Virus record (IMG/VR): IMGVR_UViG_3300031867_000032
Span: 1 to 64,000 of that record
Length of the DNA: 64,000 bases
Source of the DNA: a virus
Taxonomy: Duplodnaviria; Caudoviricetes
Strand: one strand, 5' to 3'
Part shown: positions 10,144 through 20,900 of the stretch, in pieces
How the letters are laid out: each line of letters begins with the position of its first letter
Numbering within the stretch: position 1 is the first letter of the stretch
Translations under genes and position numbers: made by a program
The notes under the pieces: model-generated
Told to the model about the DNA's origin: nothing
Seen by the model: only the letters and a program-made list of their open reading frames with translations
Database searches by the model: none

Positions 10144-10172
10144 GGGAGAGGGTGCGGCCCTCTCCCTTTTAT
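10144..10172 (+). terminator. Intrinsic terminator after the major capsid gene
   Basis: GGGAGAGGG-TGCGG-CCCTCTCCC stem-loop followed by a T-tract. Confidence 0.85.
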
Positions 10173-10195
10173 TTTTTAGAGAAAAAAGGAGAAAA

Positions 10196-10753
10196 TTGAA
10201 TATGGCTATTATTAATGATACAACTCAAATACCTGTTCGTAATATGGTAGATCATAAAGTTGTTTATGTTATTCCAGAACTAAATCGCCGTGTTGTATTT
10301 GAGCCCTTCCAAGAGAAGAAGATTCAAGCAAGTGAACTTCGTGCTCTGAATTACAGTATTGGCGGAGAAGTTTTATTACATAATTATCTTTGCATTCTTA
10401 GTAAAGATTTACGAACAGAGTTTAATATTCCTGCGGATCAAGTTGAATATGATTGAACTCTTAAAGATATTCATCGTGTTCTTGAGGATTTAAGCACACC
10501 TATCGAAGAACTTGAGGATGCACTTGACTTTGCTCCTGAAGGTATTCGTGAATTAATTGTTGATTGTGCTGTTAAATGGAAAATTCCTGACTCTAATCGT
10601 CGTAAGGTAATTACACGAATGACAGGGTCTAATATAGATAAAATGATTGAGTTTGCGGAAGCTACTGAAGATACGGCTGACCAGCCTATACGTCGTGCTC
10701 GCCGTTTAAATAAGACAGAAGCTCCACGAACTGGACGTCGAATCCAAAACTAG
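10196..10753 (+). CDS. Head-tail region hypothetical protein, 185 aa
   Basis: AAAGGAG RBS; open through one TGA to TAG. Confidence 0.65.
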
Positions 10754-10774
10754 TTTTTAAGGAAGGAGGGCGAA

Positions 10775-11272
10775 ATGTCAGATAGCACTTCTTCCGTTAC
10801 TTCTTTTGAAGAAATGTATGATTTCTTCCTTGCGGGGATTACAGATGATATGTTTATGGAAATGACAAAAGAGGATACAGAAGCTCTTCTAGAAGAAATT
10901 CTTTTAGCGTCTCTTCCGCACTTTGAATTTCCTAGAAAAAATATCTTTGATTTAGATTTAACTGGCAAAAACTTTAGTGCTAAGTTAACTGAAGAAGAAA
11001 TGATGATAATTCGTCAATATATGATTAGTGAGTGAATTGGTTATCAGCTTGCTAATATTGATTTAGTAAAACAGAAATATAGCGGTAGTGATTTTAAATT
11101 TACTTCACAAGCTAGCCACATAAAGCAGTTAGTTACACTAAAGAAAGAATATGAAACTAAAGGTTTTCACTTACAGCGACTTTATAATCGCCGCAAGAAA
11201 CTAAGAACTGGAGGATATGGCTCTACTTTTGCACGAGTCATGGACGTATCTGATAAACATTATTATGATTAG
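10775..11272 (+). CDS. Putative head-tail connector/adaptor, 165 aa
   Basis: GGAGG RBS; one TGA; QQKY...DFKFTSQASH-type motif; position. Confidence 0.55.
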
Positions 11273-11573
11273 TGTTTATGATGTAGAGGTAGATAACGAA
11301 ACAATCTGCCGCAATTTAAATCGGCTTCAGTCTCAAATTTTTAAACTTTTGCCTATGCGCGAGGAAGATCAAGATTGAAGTAAGCCTTTAGAGACTATAA
11401 TTCTTGAGCTCTTGGGAATGCAAGGGCTTTTTTCTGAATTAGAACCTTTAGTTACATTAATTTGTAAATTACAAGGTTTAATTGAAACACAGGATGAAGA
11501 TAATTTTATGCTATATCGACGCACTATCTTTGAATGTTGCGGCTTAATAGATAAAGTTAAAAATTGTTTTTAA
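11265..11573 (+). CDS. Hypothetical structural-module protein, 102 aa
   Basis: Overlaps the previous stop; open with one TGA (QDWSKPLETI); missed by the track. Confidence 0.6.
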
Positions 11574-11587
11574 GATAGGAGCGGCCA

Positions 11588-12772
11588 ATGTCAATGAAAA
11601 CCTTAGCCGCAAGGCTCCAATATAATGGCGGTGACAGACTCGGCCGCATTAACAAACAAAAATTAAGAAGCTTGCAAGCTGCTTTAAGGGATGATTATCA
11701 ATCACGAATGATTAAAACCCCTTTACACGCGGCTTGACCTTGCTTAATTAATGATGATACTTCTGGTTTAAAACCTGATTATGATAAGAAGATTATATCT
11801 GTAGAATACGATGCGGGTCTTGAGCCAGGAGACGTTTTTGAGTGTCTTGATGATGGTACTCATTGGATGATATATCTTCCAAGATTAACAGAAACCGCAT
11901 ATCTACGTTCTTCAATTATTCGTTGTCGTTATACAATGACGATTGACGATGAAGAATATTGAATTTATTTTCAAGGTCCTACTGAAACAGATCTTCGTTG
12001 GTTCATTAAACGAGGAATTAATATTAATGAGTTAAATCTTTCTGGTACAATATATATTAAATTAAATGCTAGTACAAGGGCATTTTTTGAACGATTTACT
12101 CATATTAAAGTAGATGGGCATATCTGGGAAGTCCAAGTTACAGATAGCATTTCTGTTCCTGGGATTCTTGAAATTGAAGTTCAAGAGTACTATGATAATC
12201 CTGTCGCAGAGCTTCCTGAAATTAAAAAGAGTGAGAATGCGGCGGAGACAGATGTGATTGTTGGTGAAACAATAGTCCCGCAAGACACTACTATAGGTTA
12301 CTTTATTCCAAAAGAATACCTTAAAAAGAAGTATCAATGAGAAGTTCTTGGTAATCCAAGAGTCGAACTTATTGAAGTTATGAACAATGGTAATATGTGT
12401 AAGGTTAGAATCCACGATGGTGCCATTGGTTCTTATACTGTTAAATATGGTGATTATACTTTAAATGTAGAAATTGACTGGCGGCGAGAATATATTATTG
12501 GTCCCGCAAAAGTTTCACCATATGGATTTTATAAATATAGAGCAAAAGGTACAAATGTTACATTCTCTATTGATAATGCGGCAGTTGCAACGATTCTTAA
12601 ACAAGATGGGAAACAATGTGAAATTGAAATTACGACTGGCCGCAAGGGTAAATTTAATTTAACTTGCACTTTTAATGATGAAGATGGAGAACAGCAGACA
12701 GTTGTATTACCTGTTGCTATTGGATCATTTACAGGAGATAAAGATGAGAAAAGCATCGGCCTTGTTGGCTAA
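11588..12772 (+). CDS. Putative head closure/neck protein with beta-rich Ig-like C-terminus, 394 aa
   Basis: AGGAG RBS; single frame with TGA=Trp that includes track ORF 12380-12772. Confidence 0.55.
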
Positions 12773-13367
12773 GAATTTTAAATCAACATTCCTTTCCTGT
12801 GAAACGGATCAAGAGACTATTTGGCGGCGGCTCTTTGTTGAGAGTCGCCCTTATAGCGATAAATTGAAGAAATTATTAGTAATTAATACTGCGGATTGTC
12901 TTGATGAAGAACAAATTCAGTATCAAGAGATTATTGATAATTATAACCTTCAAGATTTAAAAGATAAGCAATATTTAAAAAATGTTCCTAAATTATCATT
13001 TGGTGAACATGAAGAAGTAAAAGCATATATTCTTTTAGAGTTTGATGATTTTATTCCAACTGGAAATCCGCATTATAGAGATTGTACAATTACATTTTCT
13101 ATTATTTGTCATCTTGACTATTGGGAATTAGATGATTATAAATTACGTCCATATCAGATTGCGGGTTACATTGATGGTATGTTAAATGAAACTAAGCTTT
13201 CTGGTATTGGTACACTTCAATTTATGGGTGCTAGTGAAATTGTAATGAACGAATATCTTGGCGGTATTGTGCTTCGTTATATTGCTACACATGGTCGTGG
13301 CGATGATAGCACTACAGTTGATCCTGAATTACCTGCCCCGCAAGATCTTGGCGGCGGTGCTTGGTAA
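12744..13367 (+). CDS. Putative tail completion/terminator protein, 207 aa
   Basis: GGAG RBS before ATG 12744; position upstream of the tail tube gene. Confidence 0.5.
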   Translation: MRKASALLAKNFKSTFLSCETDQETIWRRLFVESRPYSDKLKKLLVINTADCLDEEQIQYQEIIDNYNLQDLKDKQYLKNVPKLSFGEHEEVKAYILLEFDDFIPTGNPHYRDCTITFSIICHLDYWELDDYKLRPYQIAGYIDGMLNETKLSGIGTLQFMGASEIVMNEYLGGIVLRYIATHGRGDDSTTVDPELPAPQDLGGGAW

Positions 13368-13378
13368 GGTGATAGATC

Positions 13379-14152
13379 ATGGCGATAAAAGGAGATAAGA
13401 AAAGGCTTGGTTTAATATTATCTGGGCAGCCTTTGCCTGTCCTAGATGCGAATATATTTGTAACACAGCCTAAAATTAAAGATATTGTTTTGTTTGGCGA
13501 AGATGAATTTTTAATTGCCGTTCAAATGTTAGTAAGTATGGAACAGTTTGCAGAACAAGTCAAACGGGGCAATTCTGAATTAAATATAATATCAGATTTT
13601 CAACTTCTATTGATAATGGTGACAGAAGATCCTACAATTAAAAAGATGGTTTTAGATTTATTTTCTTTAATTTTTCCAGATTATAAAGTTGAGTTTACAG
13701 ATAACACAATAGATTTTTCTATCGTAGAAGAAGAACAAAAATTTATAGTTGGACGTATTCATCCTTTTAATTTTGAAAATCTTCAAAATACTTTGAATGA
13801 CGCATTTATTCCGCAAGGAGATAATGATAGAGAGCCAGATTATAATCCTGCAAATGATATGGCTTCTAAAATTGCGGAAAAGATTAAAAAGGGTCGAGAA
13901 AAAATTCATGCACAAAGAGCTGCAGAAGAAGGAGATCATTCTTTATTTGCAGATTACTGTTCCACTTTGTCTATTGGATTGCATGAAGATGTAAATATAT
14001 TTTTCAATTATACGCCATTTCAGTTATATGATGCATATAGAAGATTTTTTAGTAAAGAACAATCTGATTTTTATATGCGGGTTTCCTCAATGCCTATGAT
14101 GGATACTTCAAAAATGGAGACTCCACCTGAGTGAAACCGAAACTTATATTAA
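13379..14152 (+). CDS. Tail-module hypothetical protein, 257 aa
   Basis: Open through one TGA near the C-terminus to TAA. Confidence 0.6.
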
Positions 14153-14284
14153 TATTTCTCGCTGTGCCTTGACAGCGTTAAATATATAAAGAGATATTGC
14201 GGGGAGCGCGAACCCTAATATATCAAAAAAGAAAAGACTGTATACAATTTTTTCTATTCGTTTTAAGACAAAGGAGGTCCGCTT

Positions 14285-15625
14285 ATGCGCATGGGTGTAC
14301 GCGAGATCTGCGACGTTGTCTTTCGTCCTTTAACTGCTGTAGATATCGGAAATCAGCACTTTGATGCTGGTCAGCCTGTTCTTTATCTTGATACAGCTAA
14401 GACCAGTACTCTTGAGGGTGCTGCTACTACAGTTTATGCACAGGGCGGAAAAGGTAATCCTCGTCTAATTGGTTGGGACGGCGAGAAGACCTTAACATTC
14501 ACCGTCGAAGATGCTCTAATTTCTGCGGTTAGCTTCTCTATGTTATCTGGTGCTGGTATCGTCAAGGGCCGCAAGGCTGAGGGTGATACTCCTGCTACTA
14601 AGATTTATGCTCATCAAACTTATGATCTAGTTGTTGAAACTAAAAATGGTGGTCTTTATGCACAACTTCCTACAGATGTACGTAATGGCGCTACTCTAGT
14701 TGTTTCTCGTGAAGCTCCTGTTTATGCCACTGTTTTAGATAGTGCTGGTGCTCCTCGTACTTTCCTTTCTGCTGTTACTATGAAGGAGATTTTTACTGGC
14801 AATGATGCTTCAACTGTAGCAGAATATGACCCTGCTGCTCCTGGTGAAGTCAAGCTTGAAGCTGAAGATGTAGTTTGGTTTAAACTTAGCTCTAGTGAGC
14901 GTCCATATACTGAGGGCACTGTGCCTCCTGGGGTAAAAGCTGGTAATACTGTCCGTATTGACTGCTATACAGTTCATACCGAAGGTGCTCAAGAAATTCA
15001 GATTGACGCTGAAAACTTCGCTGGTTATTATTATATTGAAGCTGATACCCTCTTCCGTGACGAGGCTACTGGTCAAGACTTACCCGCTCAGTTTATTATT
15101 CCTCGTGGTAAGATTCAGTCTAACTTCACTTTTACAATGGCTAACTCCGGCGATCCTTCAACCTTTACCTTTACAATTGACGCTTTCCCAGCTTATACTA
15201 AGTTTAATAAGCGTAAGAAAGTAATGGCTGCTCTCCAGATTATTGATCCTACTGTTGCAGGACATAATTATGAGGATAAGAGCATTATTGGCCATAAAGA
15301 GCGTAATGCTGGCGTAGATATTTACGGTGAAGGTAATGAATATACCGAAGGCGGTAGCGATCAAGCTAAGCGTAATCGTATTTATGATACTAGCATTTTT
15401 GAGGAAGTTGGAACTTCTAATAACCAGCAGCAAGATGGTGGCACTGGTGACGGTGGTACTGGTGAAGGTGGATCTGGCACTACAACTGACACTTACGTTG
15501 ACGCACCTGCCGAGTTTAATGCAGATACAATTTATTACGTCAAGGATGGCGATAATTACGTCGCAGCAGATCCTCAGCCTACCGCTGATAACTTTAGTGA
15601 AGGAACTTATTTCATTAAAGGTTAA
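14285..15625 (+). CDS. Major tail (tube) protein with Gly-rich linker and small C-terminal extension, 446 aa
   Basis: AAAGGAGG RBS; GGKGNPRLIGWD and SGDPSTFTFTIDAFP motifs; high-expression codons; no TGA. Confidence 0.75.
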   Translation: MRMGVREICDVVFRPLTAVDIGNQHFDAGQPVLYLDTAKTSTLEGAATTVYAQGGKGNPRLIGWDGEKTLTFTVEDALISAVSFSMLSGAGIVKGRKAEGDTPATKIYAHQTYDLVVETKNGGLYAQLPTDVRNGATLVVSREAPVYATVLDSAGAPRTFLSAVTMKEIFTGNDASTVAEYDPAAPGEVKLEAEDVVWFKLSSSERPYTEGTVPPGVKAGNTVRIDCYTVHTEGAQEIQIDAENFAGYYYIEADTLFRDEATGQDLPAQFIIPRGKIQSNFTFTMANSGDPSTFTFTIDAFPAYTKFNKRKKVMAALQIIDPTVAGHNYEDKSIIGHKERNAGVDIYGEGNEYTEGGSDQAKRNRIYDTSIFEEVGTSNNQQQDGGTGDGGTGEGGSGTTTDTYVDAPAEFNADTIYYVKDGDNYVAADPQPTADNFSEGTYFIKG

Positions 15626-15662
15626 TTTGCTTAATACAGGAGACCCTTATAGTCTCCAATTT

Positions 15663-15693
15663 AGGGGTACTCTACGGAGTACCCCTCTTTTTT
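15663..15693 (+). terminator. Intrinsic terminator after the major tail gene
   Basis: AGGGGTACTC-TACG-GAGTACCCCT followed by a T-tract. Confidence 0.85.
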
Positions 15694-15718
15694 ATTAGAG
15701 ATTTTAGGGGGTGAAAAT

Positions 15719-17176
15719 TTGGTTCTTTATAATTATTTGCATTTATGATATGCTAACTTTGATCCTGAAGGAACTTTTATTGATACAATAAACAGTACAA
15801 AAGAGCAAATAAAAAATAATGCAATAAGTCGAATGAGGGATAAAGGTCAAACATCTGGGGCAATAGAGAAAGAATTTGAAAAATGATATCAGATTAAATC
15901 TCAAACAGATTTAGATGGACAAATTAATATTCCTCAAAATATGCATTCTCTTTTGGGTGAGTTAGATGCTGTTGCAAAAAGTTTTAAAAGTAATCTTAAT
16001 GAAGCTAAAACTTTAACAGCTAAACGTAAAGTTGTAAATGATGCTATAGTATTGATTGATAAAATATTAGGCCAAGGTGCTAATAGAGGTTATACAACAG
16101 AAGCTGCTTTAAGACAAATAGAAACAAACAGAGAGCAATTAGAAAAAGCACTAGATCATTTTTATAAATGAGCTGATTATAATAATGAAGGAAAAAATTT
16201 AATAGAAGAAGCAATAAAAACAATGGAAACTGGAACTGCGGGGTATACTTTTGAATTAGCTGATCAATTAGGGTTTTTAACAGCTAACCAAAAAGGATTA
16301 AAAGATGTTCATGATCTATATATTAATATTGGAGGCAGTACAGATTTTAAAACCGTAAAAGAAGATCCTGAGTTTGAAAGAGAATTAGAACTTTTAGCTG
16401 ATGCTATAAGTGAAAATAATGGGCAATTAGCTCAAGGTGACCAAGTATTATTTTATCATGCAAACGATGGTCAAGGGCATATGGATATGACTACCAAGTA
16501 TGCCGTATTTCAAGATAAAAATTATACTAATATTAGTAGAGTAAGTGTTATGCAAAAGAGTTGAGAGCAATTAGGAGTAATACCTTTATATGGAGCCAAT
16601 AATTTAGTAAATCTAGCAGCTGGTATGGGTAATGCAAATTTAAACAAGAAAACTACAGGTTATGCAAGACAAGTTCTTCAAAAACATAACGTAAGTGCAA
16701 CGGGAATGGGCTTTACAAGTACCGCGCCAACAGATTCTATTATATCTCAAACTGAGTTAGATCTTGCTTGAAGGACTGTAAGAGAAACAGTACGTTTAAA
16801 AGCTGTTGCAGATGCTTTGGCAAGTGATTTAAACACTAATTTTATTAATCAACCTAATTATTATGTCATTAGAAGTAGAGTTAGTGGAGAGGTTCATATT
16901 ATAGGAGCTTCTACTATATTAGATAGAATTAGTACGGACTTAGAACAAGGACTTAAAAGTTCCATGGGTATTGGATTTGATTATTCTCATGAATCTTGAC
17001 AAAATCGCACTAGAGAAAAATTTTGAATGTGAAATATTGGTTTCTTTAATCCAGGAAAAAATCCTGAAGCTCGTTTAACTCGTTCTAATTCAGCTTATTT
17101 TCCTATTTTAAATAAAATTCTTACACAAGAAGTACGAATTAGTTTGAATTTTAGTAATTATTTTACTAATTATTAA
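15719..17176 (+). CDS. Hypothetical protein, 485 aa
   Basis: TTG start after a GGGGG RBS-like run; three track fragments join in one frame with TGA=Trp. Confidence 0.65.
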
Positions 17177-17187
17177 AATATATAGTC

Positions 17188-17216
17188 TTGACAAAAATTG
17201 AAAATTATGCTATACT
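17188..17216 (+). promoter_or_regulatory. Sigma70/SigA-type promoter inside the tail module
   Basis: TTGACA-17 nt-TATACT with extended -10 TG. Confidence 0.8.
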
Positions 17217-17247
17217 ATAATAGTAAAAATATATGAGATAAAAGGAG

Positions 17248-17790
17248 TTGATTATGCTTAATATTGAACAAATTAAGAATTGTCCATTAACTTCTCAAGA
17301 AATCTATGATATGATTAATAGTTGTCTTGAAGAAGCTGAGGATAATGGTTTTCTAAATCGCTTTGTATTTGAACGTGCATTAGTTTGCCATGAAGTTCTT
17401 TTACTAATTGAAGATTTAGATGAATTAGATGGATCTATGGTTGCAGAGAACCCTCTTAAAGCATTTAATCATTTTATTGAAGTTGGTTATATCGATCAAT
17501 TAATTGAACATTTTGGGGATATAATTGAATATATTGGTGAAATTGCTACGCCATATTATGACGATTATGAGAAGTATCTACTTTCTGTAGGTGGAGTTTT
17601 AAATAAAGCTGAAATTTTCAGCTCAGAAGTTTTACAGAATATGGCAGGACAATTTAATGATTTAACTAAGAGTGGCGATATCCAAGAGACCCTCAAAATT
17701 GCAGATGAATGAGGTATGAATCGTAAGCCTGCACAAGTTGAAAATCCAGTCCCCGCAACTGAAATCTTAGATGGTTTATTCAAAGAATAA
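17248..17790 (+). CDS. Acidic helical protein, 180 aa (tail assembly chaperone position, or a moron)
   Basis: AAAGGAG RBS; one TGA; directly upstream of the tape measure gene; has its own promoter and terminator. Confidence 0.5.
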
Positions 17791-17794
17791 TATT

Positions 17795-17832
17795 AGAGCC
17801 TTATGACAGAGAGTTCATAAGGCTCTTTTTTT
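17795..17832 (+). terminator. Intrinsic terminator
   Basis: AGAGCCTTATGA-8 nt-TCATAAGGCTCT followed by a T-tract. Confidence 0.85.
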
Positions 17833-17930
17833 ATTAGAAAAATAGTATTTTTTTCATTTAATAGTAGATATTATTGCGGAGAAATTCCGCTTAGAGATAT
17901 AAGGACATTCCGAGAGGAAGGTGAAATACT

Positions 17931-20900
17931 TTGAAATATTCCAATACTATTGAATATAATATTAAAACTAGTTTAGATTCTAAAGGTTTAACTCAGTTAA
18001 GATCTGAGTTACAAAGTTTAGAATTAAAACTACAAAATATGGGTAATAAAGGTTTATTAGATGAAAAAACTTTTGTAGATGCCCGCAATCAAATTCAAGG
18101 TTTAGGACAGGCTTTAAGTGATGCCTTTAATCCTTCTCTTGGAATGTTAGATTTATCCAAGTTAAACCAAGAACTTAAAAATAATGATGTAACAGCCCAA
18201 GGATTAAAAACTGCTTTTACTTCTCTTGGAGCAGAAGGTCAAGTTGCTTTTAATAATTTAGTTGGTGAATTAGGTAAACTTGATACTGGTATTTTAAGAA
18301 CAAATTCCCAAATAGATAAGTTATTTACTACTTTTAGCAATACTTTTCGTTGGGGACTAGTATCTAGTTTCTTTAGTCAATTTATGAATGCAATTCATAG
18401 TTCTGTAGATTATGTAAAAGAACTTGATGATTCACTAACTCAGATTATGCTTGTTACAGATTATAATCGTGATTCAATGAATGAATTTGCAAGATCTGCT
18501 AACGAAGCAGCTAAAGCTGTTAGTATGACAACTACAGGTATGACTAATGCTTCATTAATTTTTGCTCAGCAAGGTTATGATCTTGGGCAATCTCAAGAAT
18601 TAGCTACATTATCTGCTAAAGTGGCTAATGCTTCTCAGCAAGATACTGCTACTACTTCAGATCAGATTACAGCATATATGAATGCTTATGGTCTTGAAAA
18701 TAGTATTGGTGAACTTACACAAGCAATGGATAACTGAGCATTAATTGCAAATATTTCTGCAGCAGATGTAGGTGAACTTGCACAAGCATCACAGCGAGCA
18801 GCTTCAATGGCAAACGCTGTAGGTGTTAGTGGTGAGCAACTTGCATCACAGATTGCTACGATTGAGTCAGTAACACGAGAAGCCCCAGAACAAATTGGTA
18901 ATGGTCTTAAAACTCTTTATGCTCGTTTCTCAGATATTGCTTCTGGAAAAGAAGATGAAGATGGTTTCACTCTTGGTAAAGTTACTTCAGAGTTAAATAA
19001 GATTGGTGTTCAAGTTCTTGATGAAATGGGTCAAATTCGTGATGTTGGCGATATCATGGAAGACCTTATGGTTATTTGAGATGATCTTGACCAGACAAGC
19101 AAAGTAGCCGCATCTCAGGCTTTAGCTGGTAAATATCAAGTTAATCGTTTTATGGCTTTAATGGATAATTCTGATATGTATGAAGAGTATAAAGGTGCAA
19201 CTGGAGCTAATGCGGCTGGTACTCTTGATATAATGAGTGAAGAATATGCTCAGTCTATTGAAGGACGAAGTGCTAAATTACAAGCTTCTTTAGAAGGATT
19301 ATTTAGTACAATATTTAATACTGATGATATTTATCCTTGAATGGATGCCGCACAAGGAGCTATAGATTTATTACAACAATTTTTTGATGCTCTTGGTGGA
19401 GGACAAACTGTTCTTTTAGGTATTGGTAGTTTATTAATGCAAATATTTAGTAAAAATATGGCACAAGAAATTAATAATGTCGCAACTAATAGAGCAGTTC
19501 AACAACAAAAACTTGAAAATTTACAAAATTCTCAAGCTACGTTAACAACTTTGGGTGCGGCTAATCCTAATCCAAATGATGCTAATTCACAGAATATTTT
19601 AAATTTTGCTCAATATATGCAAGCCAATGCTAAGAATTTTAATGCAGAACAAATGGATCAAGCTAATTCTATTTTACAAGAGTTAGTTCAAAATAGTAAT
19701 GCGGCTACAATGGCCGCAGATAAATTAAAAGAAAGCTTATCTGTTATTGGAATTGGTATTACAGCAACAACAGGTGAAAGTATTTTAGCTCCTTTCTTAG
19801 ATAGTGAAGGAGCAGTAAATGCAACTTTATTATCAGAAGCACTTCAAAATATGTCTCAAAGTGAAGTTGCTGAAATGTTTTCTCATATACAAGAAGATAT
19901 TAAACCGGCAAGAGAAGGCTTATTAGAATTTAATAAAGCTTTGCAAAATTATCAGCAAGAATTAAGAAATGCAAATAGCACCGATGATAGTTGAAGTCAA
20001 AGTCTTGCAAAATTACAAGCGGCACTAGATAATTTAGATGGTAAAATAGATCCTAGTACATATGAACGTTATGAACAAGCAGTTAAAGATATTGTAGAAG
20101 TAACTGAAAATGCAGGGGATCAAACAGCAGAAACTACTGCTGAAGTGGCTAAACTTGCAGATGGATTAGAAAAAGTTGCAGCAAAAGATTTAACTAATTT
20201 AAATCAATTAAATAATGATGCTTTTCAAGCTAAAAATACTCAAATGGCAGCAAAAGATTCCAATAAAGTTGCTGGAGCATTTCAAGAAGGTATGGGATCT
20301 CAAGCTCATATTCAAGAAATTTTAGATACCTTTAATGCAGTTCAACAATTAACTTTTGCTTGACAAGCATTTCAAAATCTTGGTAGTCTTTGAGCTAATG
20401 AAGATTTATCCACTGGAGAAAAAGTTCTTCAGACTATAATGAATCTTACAATGGCTATGCCGCAATTAATTGACGCTATAGACACTTTAAAAAGTGGAGG
20501 CTTAGCACAATCATTTCAAGAACTAAATGATGCTTTATCTAATATTCAAGCAGGAAATATAGATTTTTCTTCTGATGGAAGAATGGTAGAAATTAACGAA
20601 GAATTAAATTCTTTATTAGAAAAAAGAACTACTATTAATGATAAGATTAGTAAAGCACAGCAAGAAATTTATAATAGCACTAAAAAAGTAGCACAAGCTG
20701 AAAGTGAAAGCGGAAAAAATGCTATGACAGGGGCTCAACTAGCATTTAAAAAACTTTTAGCAAAAAAGACGGAAAAGGAACAAAATGAACTTATTTCCAT
20801 ATTAGAAAAAGAACAAATAGCCAATGAAGCAGCTATTACAACAGCAGAAACTACAAGAAGTGCTATTGGAAAAATAATAACTGCTGAGCTAGTTAAACAA

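Noticed and set aside
14169-14200. TTGACA at about 14169 as a sigma70 promoter
   Set aside because: No good -10 hexamer at 16-18 nt spacing, and the hexamer lies within a hairpin
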